Origin: Patescibacteria group bacterium
GTDB lineage: Bacteria > Patescibacteriota > Patescibacteriia > UBA1558 > GWA2-36-10
Direction: 5' to 3'
Assembly (NCBI GenBank): GCA_018819405.1
Contig: JAHJQF010000001.1
Location: 34,097-98,096, forward strand
Length of the DNA stretch: 64,000 bases
This document shows, piece by piece, positions 8,765-16,827 of the stretch. Positions within the stretch are counted from its first letter, which is position 1. Every line of letters starts with the position of its first letter. The translations under genes and the position numbers were made by a program. The notes below the pieces were generated by a model that ran no database searches, was not told the DNA's origin, and saw nothing but the letters and a program-made list of their open reading frames with translations.

Positions 8765-9529
8765 ATGACTATCAAAAAAACATCTGCCATTTTTGGCTTC
8801 ATACTAATTCTAGTATTAGTTTTTTATCTCCGTGTCTACATAAAAGATTTATTTTTTGAATTAAAAAAAATCACACTACCTGATGAAATAACCTATAATT
8901 CAATTGATAATCTAAGTGGCTCAGCTGGCATCAATCTAGCAGTGCCTTTTTCTTCTCAGGCGCCATATGGAGATTGGGATTTACCATATCTGGAAGCTTG
9001 CGAGGAAACCTCTGCTCTTTTGGTGGATTATTTTTATAGAAACGAAAAACTCAGCCCAAAAATAGTCAAAAGGGAAATATTACAAATGGTGGATTGGGAA
9101 AATAAAAGATTTGGCTACCACGAAGACACCACCGCCCAAGAAACAGCTACACTATTAAAAGAGTATTTTGGCTACCAGCGGGTAGATGTTATTTATGATT
9201 TTTCTTTTGAAGATATAAAAGAACAAATTTTATCCGGCCGACCAGTCATCGTGCCAGTAGCTGGCCGCTTGCTCAACAACCAGTTTTATAAACAACCCGG
9301 CCCAATCTATCACACCGTGGTGGTCAAAGGTCTGACAAAAGATGGAAATTTTATTACCAATGATGTCGGCACTAAAAGAGGCCACAATTATGTCTATGAT
9401 GCCACTCTTTTTTACGATGCTATCCATGATGGTCCTATAGATGTAAATGAATTTAGTAGCGCTGCACTGGAAAAGGAAATACTAACAAGCAGAAAAGCAA
9501 TGATAGTAGTTTACCCTAATGAAAAATAA
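8765..9529 (+). CDS. Membrane-anchored papain-like (C39-like, YvpB/BtrH-type) cysteine peptidase candidate
   Basis: N-terminal TM. QAPYGDWDLPYLEACEETSALLVDYFY resembles the catalytic Cys region of Peptidase_C39_2-like proteins; downstream His (HTVVVKG). Confidence 0.45.
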   Translation: MTIKKTSAIFGFILILVLVFYLRVYIKDLFFELKKITLPDEITYNSIDNLSGSAGINLAVPFSSQAPYGDWDLPYLEACEETSALLVDYFYRNEKLSPKIVKREILQMVDWENKRFGYHEDTTAQETATLLKEYFGYQRVDVIYDFSFEDIKEQILSGRPVIVPVAGRLLNNQFYKQPGPIYHTVVVKGLTKDGNFITNDVGTKRGHNYVYDATLFYDAIHDGPIDVNEFSSAALEKEILTSRKAMIVVYPNEK

Positions 9530-9849
9530 TATAAACAAAAAACACCAATGAAAATTGATATTTTTTGTTTGGCATATTTTATTTTTTATTTTTTGCCTTT
9601 ACTATACCTATGATAGCGATAGTGACCAATACAAATCCTATCAATTGCGCTCCCGGACTATCATCGTATCCTCCAAATACAAACATAAATATACCCATAG
9701 GTATTAGCAGAATAAACAATACTATTTTAATAGTGTATTTTTCTTTATTCATATAAAAAGTATAACATAATTATTTATAATAAAAAACCTAATAATTGTG
9801 TATTTTTTTACTAGATGATAAAATATAATCTGAATTATTAATTTTTATT

Positions 9850-10068
9850 ATGGCAAAACACAAATTGACCTTGAGTTATTTGACCAACAATCTTCTTATT
9901 GTTGTAGGACTAGTCCTTATTTGGCGTGGAATTTGGTATGTCTTAGATGGAATAGATAAGGCATTTTTTGGAGACAACCATTTTTGGACATCTCTAGGCG
10001 GTATTATTTTGGGATTAGCAGTCCTATATTTACCAGATAAGGATTTAAAAGAAATCTCAAAACTTTAA
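9850..10068 (+). CDS. Small membrane protein (72 aa)
   Basis: Two predicted TM helices, directly upstream of the antiporter gene. Confidence 0.3.
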   Translation: MAKHKLTLSYLTNNLLIVVGLVLIWRGIWYVLDGIDKAFFGDNHFWTSLGGIILGLAVLYLPDKDLKEISKL

Positions 10069-10074
10069 AACATT

Positions 10075-11016
10075 ATGAATTCTATTATTACTACTATCTT
10101 GGCTCTTCTAGCCCTATTTTATATTTTAGGAAAATCAGCTGATTTGGCTATTTATCATCTTAAAATCATTGCCAAAAAATTGGGCATTGGTGTTTTCTTT
10201 TTAGGACTGACAATGGGCTTTTTCACTTCTTTTCCTGAATTAGCTATTGGGATCAATACTATTATTGAAGGCGTACCAAATGTATCATTGGGCAACTTAT
10301 TTGGCGGTTTGATGGTTTTGTTTGGATTGGTCTTGGGTATTAGTATTTATTTGCAACGAAAAATAGATTCTGATTATGACTATCGGGTTTTTGGTATTAT
10401 CTTACTGTTTTTGTTTGTGCCTATTTTATTTGGTCTTGACGGAACTTTTGGCACTATTGATGGTTTGATAATAACTATTTCTTATTTTGTTATATTATTC
10501 ATTTTATATTATCGCCAAAAACATACTATCAATATCCCCCATATAATAGACAGAAAAGATATAACAAAGCATACTTTTCTTTTTTTATTAGGGCTAGTCA
10601 TGGTTTTATTGGTAGCTAATTTTACAGTCCATCTCACAGTAGGACTTTTGTCTTATTTGCCGCTTAGCAAATTTGTTGTTGGAATTATCATCTTTTCTAT
10701 TGGTACCAACTTTCCAGAAATAGTCATTGCTTTTAGGTCTTGGCGAAACAATGCCAAAGAGCTGTCTTTTAGTAATCTACTTGGTTCTGGTATGGCCAAT
10801 ATTTTGTTGGTAGGAGTCTTTTCAATTATGCGACCTTTTAGTATAAAAATAGATAATTCTTATTATTTACTTATTATTGGAATAGCTGTTTTGTTGTCTT
10901 TGCTTTTTTTGTTTTACCGAACCGGACGATCCTTAAAGAGAGGCGAAGGATTAATACTAATTATTATCTATTTACTCTTTATAGTCACACAGATTATTTT
11001 TGAAGAATCAATATAG
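10075..11016 (+). CDS. CaCA-family Na+/Ca2+ (cation/Ca2+) exchanger
   Basis: Multiple TM helices with two alpha-repeat signatures, GFFTSFPELAIGI and GTNFPEIVIAF. Confidence 0.8.
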   Translation: MNSIITTILALLALFYILGKSADLAIYHLKIIAKKLGIGVFFLGLTMGFFTSFPELAIGINTIIEGVPNVSLGNLFGGLMVLFGLVLGISIYLQRKIDSDYDYRVFGIILLFLFVPILFGLDGTFGTIDGLIITISYFVILFILYYRQKHTINIPHIIDRKDITKHTFLFLLGLVMVLLVANFTVHLTVGLLSYLPLSKFVVGIIIFSIGTNFPEIVIAFRSWRNNAKELSFSNLLGSGMANILLVGVFSIMRPFSIKIDNSYYLLIIGIAVLLSLLFLFYRTGRSLKRGEGLILIIIYLLFIVTQIIFEESI

Positions 11017-11124
11017 AAATATAGAAACAAAAAATAGCCTTTAGTGCTATTTTAAAGTCAACTCCACACTTTGGATGAGTTTAGAACTATGGATTGGTAT
11101 AGAATAAAAACTGAGTTAAATCAA

Positions 11125-11535
11125 CTATCCATTCTTAGCAATAAATAAAATATATATAATAGTAATAATTGATGGAATTATAATTATAATAATCCGAATA
11201 ATAAATTTTTTTATCAAACTTGCTATATCAGTTTTACCTGTAATATCTTTTTCAGTAAAAGGTAAATTAAAGATTGCTATAAAAATAGCAATAGACCTAT
11301 GAATAATAGATAAAATTATTTTTTTTGAACGTTGAAAATTTTCTTTATTTGGATGGGATCTAAGTATAATGTTAAGACAGACAAAAATAATAGTCCATAC
11401 TATAGTTATCGTTTCCATTTCGCTTGGCATCAGATCTTTATTATGAGTATCAAGCCTTTCTACGATGCTAGCTGAAATAAAAAAAATTATTAACAGCCAA
11501 GAAGCTACTATTGCAATTTTATCTATTTTATTCAT
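11125..11535 (-). CDS. Hypothetical membrane protein (136 aa), flanked by about 23-bp direct repeats
   Basis: Hydrophobic and Ile-rich. Flanked by caaaaaatagcctttag(g/t)gc repeats near 11030 and 11550. Confidence 0.35.
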   Translation of the reverse strand: MNKIDKIAIVASWLLIIFFISASIVERLDTHNKDLMPSEMETITIVWTIIFVCLNIILRSHPNKENFQRSKKIILSIIHRSIAIFIAIFNLPFTEKDITGKTDIASLIKKFIIRIIIIIIPSIITIIYILFIAKNG

Positions 11536-11668
11536 ATCAAAATTATACCAAAAAATAGCCTTTAGGGCGATTCTTCAGATACTGGCTCCGTCCCACGGCG
11601 CACTTATGCGCCTCTGGACGTCGCATAAATAAAAAAATCATTAGCCAGAAGGCTACTGATTTTTTTAA

Positions 11669-11743
11669 TGGCTCCGGGAGGGGGATTCGAACCCACGACC
11701 AATTGATTAACAGTCAACTGCTCTACCACTGAGCTATCCCGGA
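11669..11743 (-). tRNA. tRNA-Asn(GTT): tRNA-Asn (anticodon GTT), CCA encoded
   Basis: Manual cloverleaf fold: acceptor TCCGGGA/TCCCGGA, D-arm GCTC-AGTGGTA-GAGC, anticodon stem GTTGA/TCAAT with loop cTGTTaa, T-loop TTCGAAT, 3' GCCA. Confidence 0.8.
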
Positions 11744-11982
11744 ATGAATTTTTTAATAAATTGTCTACCCCGATAACTTTTTAGTTGTTTTTCTCTGGTC
11801 AGGGCTTCTTTTCTTGTTTTAATTTTTTCAGAATATATGATTTCCCAATTTCCATCAAATTTAGATGTATACCCAGAAAATATTTTTTTATTGTGTATAG
11901 TCAAACGTTCTGATAGATTTTTTGTTTGACCAATATAAAATTTATTTACTGTTTTGTTATAAATAGCATAGACAGTATACAT
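11734..11982 (-). CDS. GIY-YIG domain nuclease (UPF0213-like, 82 aa); 3' end overlaps the tRNA-Asn 5' end by 10 nt
   Basis: YAIYNKTVNKFYIGQTKNLSERLTIHN...REKQLK is a GIY-YIG motif. Confidence 0.7.
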   Translation of the reverse strand: MYTVYAIYNKTVNKFYIGQTKNLSERLTIHNKKIFSGYTSKFDGNWEIIYSEKIKTRKEALTREKQLKSYRGRQFIKKFIPG

Positions 11983-12003
11983 ATCGCTTTTCTAAATTTT
12001 ATA

Positions 12004-12045
12004 AACTGCTCTGCCTCCGCCAGCTGGCGGAGAGCTATCCCGGAA
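12004..12045 (-). repeat. Degenerate duplicate of the tRNA-Asn 5' portion (aactgctct...gagctatcccggaa) containing a hairpin
   Basis: 14-nt exact match gagctatcccggaa (12032-12045 vs 11731-11744) plus an upstream aactgctct match. The intervening ctccgccagctggcggag is an inverted repeat. Confidence 0.6.
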
Positions 12046-12048
12046 AAA

Positions 12049-12300
12049 TTATAAACTATTTTTTATCAAATTTTCTTTGGCTGTTTTGCTCCAAGTCTTT
12101 ATTTCCGCTTCTCTTTTCATAGCCTTGCCAACCGAAGCAAACTCCTCCCAGTAAATTATTTTAACAGGCCTTCTTTGTTTTGTATATTTAGCACCTTGAC
12201 CACTATTATGTTTGAGCTCTCTATCTTTTAAATTTGTAGTATAGCCTGTATAGATTGTGTCATCACTGCAACGGGCAAGATAACAATAATATTTTTTCAT
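12049..12300 (-). CDS. GIY-YIG domain nuclease (second copy, 83 aa)
   Basis: YYCYLARCSDDTIYTGYTTNLKDRELKHN...REAEIKTW is a GIY-YIG motif. Confidence 0.7.
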   Translation of the reverse strand: MKKYYCYLARCSDDTIYTGYTTNLKDRELKHNSGQGAKYTKQRRPVKIIYWEEFASVGKAMKREAEIKTWSKTAKENLIKNSL

Positions 12301-12319
12301 TTGTTTTGCTCAGTTGAAT

Positions 12320-12396
12320 TGGTAGCAGGGGGGAGAATCGAACTCCCGACCTCAGGCTTATGAGTCCTACGCTCTAACCAACTGAGCTACCCTGCC
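12320..12396 (-). tRNA. tRNA-Met/Ile2(CAT): tRNA with CAT anticodon (elongator Met or Ile2/lysidine), CCA encoded
   Basis: GGCAGGGTAGCTCAGTTGGTTAGAGCG...loop CTCATAA...GGGAGTTCGATTCTCCC...CCCTGCTACCA. Cloverleaf with one A-G mismatch in the anticodon stem. Confidence 0.7.
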
Positions 12397-12416
12397 TAAG
12401 AATAGATATAAAATTT

Positions 12417-12492
12417 TGGTAGCGGGGGCCGGACTCGAACCGGCGACCTTCAGGTTATGGGCCTGACGAGCTGCCAACTGCTCTACCCCGCG
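12417..12492 (-). tRNA. tRNA-fMet(CAT): Initiator tRNA-fMet (CAT), CCA encoded
   Basis: CGCGGGGTAGAGCAG...GTCAGGCCCATAACCTGAAGGTCGCCGGTTCGAGTCCGGCCCCCGCTACCA is nearly identical in architecture to E. coli tRNA-fMet (recalled), including an unpaired C1. Confidence 0.8.
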
Positions 12493-12515
12493 TCGTGAAA
12501 TAAATATAATTTTGG

Positions 12516-12592
12516 TGGTCGGAGTGGTGGGACTTGAACCCACGACCTTACGCACCCCATGCGCACGCGCTAGCCAACTGCGCCACACCCCG
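12516..12592 (-). tRNA. tRNA-Pro(GGG): tRNA-Pro (anticodon GGG), CCA encoded
   Basis: Acceptor CGGGGTG/CACTCCG, D-arm GCGC-AGTTGGCTA-GCGC, anticodon stem TGCGC/GCGTA with loop aTGGGGt, T-arm GTGGG-TTCAAGT-CCCAC. Confidence 0.75.
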
Positions 12593-12640
12593 CAAAATTA
12601 TATACTAAAGTATAGAGGGTTATGGCACAATTTACAAGTT

Positions 12641-12717
12641 TGGTGGACCCAAGGAGACTTGAACTCCTGACCTCTTCCATGCCATGGAAGCGTTCTAGCC
12701 AACTGAACTATGGGCCC
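12641..12717 (-). tRNA. tRNA-Ala(GGC): tRNA-Ala (anticodon GGC) with G3-U70 identity pair, CCA encoded
   Basis: GGGCCCATAGTTCAGTTGGCTAGAACG-CTTCC-aTGGCat-GGAAG...TGGGTCCACCA; a G3:U70 pair is present. Confidence 0.8.
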
Positions 12718-12810
12718 TATAAATAATTGCTTAATTGTCTAATTGATTAATAGTTTAATTGTTCTTATCAATTATCCTATTATACTATCAATCTATATAG
12801 CCTATTAATT

Positions 12811-12897
12811 TGGTACCGAGGAGAGGAATCGAACCTCCACGGGGTTGCCCCCACTGGATTTTGAGTCCAGCGCGTCTACCAATTCCGCCACCTCGGC
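12811..12897 (-). tRNA. tRNA-Leu(CAA): tRNA-Leu (anticodon CAA), long variable arm, CCA encoded
   Basis: GCCGAGGTGGCGGAATTGGTAGACGCG-CTGGA-cTCAAaa-TCCAG-TGGGGGCAACCCCGT-GGAGGTTCGATTCCTCT-CCTCGGTACCA. Confidence 0.8.
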
Positions 12898-12933
12898 AAA
12901 AATACGAATAACACGGATGATTTTACAATATAA

Positions 12934-13320
12934 ATGGATTTTAGTCAACCCTTAAAAATAAAAGAGCGGCCAGACCCAATGAGCTCGGCCGCCTATGCTT
13001 CTTCTCAAGCTGGAGGCAAACTACCACCAATTGCGGCGATAGTCCCGCCTGTCCATGAGCTGCGCCTCCTGAGCCGCCTGCTTGCGTCTGAGTTTGGCCG
13101 CTTCTGCGAACTCGGCGTAGAGTAGCGCGGATACTTGATGTACCGATATACCCCGACGAGCTGCCTCAGCCCTGAGACGATCCTCCTTCTCCTGTTTGGC
13201 ACGAAACTTCCTGGCCTTGGATTTGGCCTGGCCGGGTGTCTGGCAGCAGCCAAAGACCCTTTCACGACGTGACGAACGTGTGCTCAAGACATACCTCCTA
13301 TGTTGTTGCCACATGTTATG
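12934..13320. other. GC-rich (by eye above 55% GC) about 390-bp islet abutting the tRNA cluster, with an Arg-rich 97-aa ORF (13021-13314, minus)
   Basis: Abrupt compositional shift. ORF ...RAEAARRGISVHQVSALLYAEFAEAAKLRRKQAAQEAQL reads like an HTH/RHH or IS OrfA-like fragment. No RNase P, tmRNA or SRP motifs were found. Confidence 0.35.
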
Positions 13321-13371
13321 GGGGCAAAACTTATAATAATTTATCTAAATTAAAACAAATTGTCAATACAA

Positions 13372-15024
13372 CTATTTGAGCAGCCTCAAACGACCCTCAT
13401 CAACAGTAATTATTCCCACCTCACTATTTTCAATACGCTTTCTCATGTCTGAGTTGGGAATGAAACGTATTGTATTGGCCATATAATTTTGATAGTTATA
13501 ATTCCAAAGCTCCCAATACACATCATTGACTTCAATTGAAGTAATACCAGTCACTACAAAAGAGCCATCTACGCTTTCGGCAAACCAGCCTAGATTGTCA
13601 CGACGCCAGTTCAAAAGATGTTTGTTTTTATTTTCTTTGTTGACCACCACATAGGCATAAGTCGGCAATATCTCTGGCGCCTTGTCTTTGTAATATATCT
13701 CAAGAGCTTGACCAAGATTATTTCTGAATACTTCTGCTCCCGATAGATTATCAGGCAAGCCAACCGACAGATAGAAATTTGTCTGAGGGGAATGTATGTA
13801 TTTGTAACTATCTACTATCTGACGACTGAGATCTCCAGCTGCCTGCCAAATAATACTTTTGTAATAAATAATAGAGCTAGACAATATCAAAAATAAAATT
13901 AAAATTATTTTTTTTATACTTAGTGAAAATTTTAAGACTGCCAACAAGTAGACCAAAATCATCAAGAAAAAACTAGCCGACAAATACATGTATCTTTCTC
14001 CAGCAAAAGTAGTGTGGTGGAGACCAGTTATTAAAAATGGTGATAGCATAAACAAAAATCCGGCAAACAAAACAAATTGGAGCCACTGTTTTTTTATAAG
14101 TAATACAAAAAAATACAAAGCCAAAAAAGAAAACAAAATAATAACAATTGGCGCCAGATAATAATAAATTGCTTTGTACATCAAAGGCCTAATAAAACCA
14201 AAAGTGACCATATCTCCCAAATAGACGGCCAAGTTGCCTGCCCAGTCACCTGCTGCCAAATTCAAACTATGACTACCATAATAACCAAATAAAAGCCCAA
14301 TAGCTATGTATCGAACCACCAAAAATGAAATCAACAAAACAAAATACCCTGTCAAATACGTATAAGCTGGTATTGATTTATTTTTTTCTTTGATAGAATA
14401 AAAATAAATTTCTAACATCATAATAACAAAAGGCAAGCTAATAGCTGTCTCTTTTATAAGTAGAGCTACGGTAAAAAATAAAAACGACAAAAACAAATTT
14501 ATTTTTTTGCTATTTTTTCTAAAGTCAAAATATTTCAAAAGTGCCAAAAAATAAAACAATGTCATCCAAAGATGTGGCCAGGCGGCTACCCAAGAAACTA
14601 TCTCCACCTGTATAGGCCAAATCAAAAATAAAAGTCCCACCAAAATGGCCCAAGGTTTTTTATCTTTTATTTTTGTCCAAGAAAAAGTATGTTTGGCCAA
14701 CAAATAAACCAACCAAGAGTTAACACCGTGTAGCAATAAGCTCACCAAATGATAGCCAAAATATCGCAAATCAAATAGGCTATAAAAAAATTTGAATATA
14801 AACACCAAAAGAGGATTGTAAGATCCACCGTAAGTCTGACCCTCATAATTGGTCAAAAATATATGCCAAGAAGGATGAAAATCGCGGGCAATGACCAACC
14901 AATGAAAATCATCAGAAACAAAAAAATTTATCAGCGCTTGGTGATAAAATAGTATGCTCAATCCCAAAAATATAAATAGAATATGCCAAGATTTTATATT
15001 GTTCAATCTATTTTGACAATCCAT
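13372..15024 (-). CDS. Polytopic membrane protein, GT-C-fold glycosyltransferase-like (PMT/ArnT-like) candidate
   Basis: More than 10 predicted TM helices followed by a soluble C-terminal domain of about 150 aa; an FVSDDFHW loop sits near the N-terminus. Confidence 0.4.
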   Translation of the reverse strand: MDCQNRLNNIKSWHILFIFLGLSILFYHQALINFFVSDDFHWLVIARDFHPSWHIFLTNYEGQTYGGSYNPLLVFIFKFFYSLFDLRYFGYHLVSLLLHGVNSWLVYLLAKHTFSWTKIKDKKPWAILVGLLFLIWPIQVEIVSWVAAWPHLWMTLFYFLALLKYFDFRKNSKKINLFLSFLFFTVALLIKETAISLPFVIMMLEIYFYSIKEKNKSIPAYTYLTGYFVLLISFLVVRYIAIGLLFGYYGSHSLNLAAGDWAGNLAVYLGDMVTFGFIRPLMYKAIYYYLAPIVIILFSFLALYFFVLLIKKQWLQFVLFAGFLFMLSPFLITGLHHTTFAGERYMYLSASFFLMILVYLLAVLKFSLSIKKIILILFLILSSSIIYYKSIIWQAAGDLSRQIVDSYKYIHSPQTNFYLSVGLPDNLSGAEVFRNNLGQALEIYYKDKAPEILPTYAYVVVNKENKNKHLLNWRRDNLGWFAESVDGSFVVTGITSIEVNDVYWELWNYNYQNYMANTIRFIPNSDMRKRIENSEVGIITVDEGRLRLLK

Positions 15025-15027
15025 AAT

Positions 15028-15483
15028 CTAAAAAGAAATTTTTACCAAAGTTAGGGTGACTAATATCTGAAAAGGTACACCATAGACGATAGAATACTGC
15101 CAACTAAATATATTGTGAAGCTTGGCATGATATACTATATACCAATATAAACTGGTCAAACGGAAACTCTCAATAACTATCCAGGCCAAATCAGGAAGCC
15201 AAGCTCCAAAGACAGCCCAAAATAAAACCCAATGGTTGATGCCCTGATGGCTAATAACATAAAAATAAACCAAAGCACAAGAAACAACCATGTCTATAGA
15301 AGCAACATTTAAAAGGTAGAGAAATTTCTCTTTACCTTTTTTATCTTCAGCCAAATTGTCATCTCCGTGAGGCACCATATCCAAAATAAAATGCGATAAT
15401 AGACTAAAAATAAACGCTAAAAATGGGTCACTTACTTTGGTACTGACCCAGATAGCAGCTGAAGTGTGCGGGGTTATAAACAT
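15028..15483 (-). CDS. Small polytopic membrane protein (151 aa), possibly a membrane-bound metal-dependent hydrolase (His/Asp-rich loops)
   Basis: Hydrophobic; HFILDMVPHGDD motif. Confidence 0.3.
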   Translation of the reverse strand: MFITPHTSAAIWVSTKVSDPFLAFIFSLLSHFILDMVPHGDDNLAEDKKGKEKFLYLLNVASIDMVVSCALVYFYVISHQGINHWVLFWAVFGAWLPDLAWIVIESFRLTSLYWYIVYHAKLHNIFSWQYSIVYGVPFQILVTLTLVKISF

Positions 15484-15510
15484 AAATCTATAATAGCATA
15501 AAAATATAAT

Positions 15511-16824
15511 TTAATAGTCCCTCAATTTCCTCATATCCTCATGTTTTTTGATGCGTTCCAAAGCTTTGGCCTCAATCTGACGAATACGCTCACGAGTGAC
15601 GCCAAACTCTTGACCCACCTCTTCCAAGGTATGAGCCACGCCATCGGTCAGACCAAAACGCATTTCTAATATCTTTTGCTCACGAGGAGTAAGATCACTG
15701 ATTACTTTGCGCACATGATCGCCTAGTAGCTTGAGAGCCGCCACACGATCTGGACCAATATTTTTTTCATCTTCAATAAAATCACCTAGGGTACTATCTT
15801 CTTCATCGTCACCAACTGATGCTTCCAAAGATACTGTCTCTTGAGAAATTTTGATAATCTGTCTTATCTTGTCAATATCCTCGCCCATTTCAGAAGCAAT
15901 CTCTTCTGGCAAGGGATCCCGACCCAATTCTTGAACCAAACGACGCTCAATCTGATTGAAACGATTGATAGTTTCTACCATGTGTACAGGAATACGGATT
16001 GTCCTACTCTGATCAGCCAAGGCACGAGTGATAGCCTGACGAATCCACCAAGTAGCATAAGTAGAAAATTTATAACCTTTGCGATAATCAAATTTTTCTA
16101 CTGCTCTAAAAAGTCCAATATTACCTTCTTGAATGAGGTCCAACAATGTCAGAGATCTGCCGGTAAATTTTTTGGCAATAGAAACTACCAAACGTAAATT
16201 GGCTTCTATCAATTTTTTCTTGGCTTCTAAATCACCTTTTTCTTTACGCTTGGCCAAAGCCATTTCTTCTTCCGAATTTAAGAGCGGCACTTTGCCAATC
16301 TCACGCAAATACATCTGGATAGAATCGGAGGCAATGTCAGTCAAATCTCCTCGCTTTTCATCACTACCTACTCCTGATTTGGACAAAATTGCCGAAGTCT
16401 TCTCATCTACATTTAAAATATTACCTTCGGTCGCTACGACAGAAATTGCCATATCTTCCAATTTGTCTAAAAGATCTTCCAGTCTTGGAATATAATCTTC
16501 CAAATTAGAAAAGACCCTCAGAATCTCATCTTCAGTGATAAAACTCCTAGAGTGGGCTTTTTTTATCAAAAGCTCAATAGCCGCTTCATCTATTTTAGCT
16601 TTGACTGCTTTTGTTTTGACAGTAGTCTTTTTGACCACTGATTTTTTAGTTGTTTTGCTGACAGATTTTTTTGCTGCCGGCTTGTTCTTTTTTAGCGCTG
16701 TTTTTTTGACAGCCGCTTTACTAGCCTTTTTAGGTTTGTTGACACTCCTTTTTGAAGCAGTGCTTTTTTTGGCCACCTTTTTTGCAGTGACCGATTTTTT
16801 AGTTGTCTTTTTTTTGACAGGCAT
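15511..16824 (-). CDS. rpoD: RNA polymerase sigma-70 factor RpoD
   Basis: Region 2 [27 protein letters not shown] and region 4 [26 protein letters not shown]; Lys-rich N-terminus. Confidence 0.95.
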   Translation of the reverse strand: MPVKKKTTKKSVTAKKVAKKSTASKRSVNKPKKASKAAVKKTALKKNKPAAKKSVSKTTKKSVVKKTTVKTKAVKAKIDEAAIELLIKKAHSRSFITEDEILRVFSNLEDYIPRLEDLLDKLEDMAISVVATEGNILNVDEKTSAILSKSGVGSDEKRGDLTDIASDSIQMYLREIGKVPLLNSEEEMALAKRKEKGDLEAKKKLIEANLRLVVSIAKKFTGRSLTLLDLIQEGNIGLFRAVEKFDYRKGYKFSTYATWWIRQAITRALADQSRTIRIPVHMVETINRFNQIERRLVQELGRDPLPEEIASEMGEDIDKIRQIIKISQETVSLEASVGDDEEDSTLGDFIEDEKNIGPDRVAALKLLGDHVRKVISDLTPREQKILEMRFGLTDGVAHTLEEVGQEFGVTRERIRQIEAKALERIKKHEDMRKLRDY

Positions 16825-16827
16825 GCG

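Noticed and set aside
12367-12588. 73-aa minus-strand ORF spanning the tRNA-fMet/tRNA-Pro genes
   Set aside because: It overlaps two confidently folded tRNA genes; it is an artefact of GC-rich tRNA sequence.
12934-13320. RNase P RNA, tmRNA or SRP RNA in the GC-rich islets (also checked 31346-31560 and 37412-37661)
   Set aside because: I looked on both strands for GGAAAGUCCGG / ACAGNRA (RNase P), a tRNA-like acceptor/T-arm with tag ORF (tmRNA), and the GGAA tetraloop plus AGCAGC domain IV (SRP). None is present, so these elements are left unclassified.
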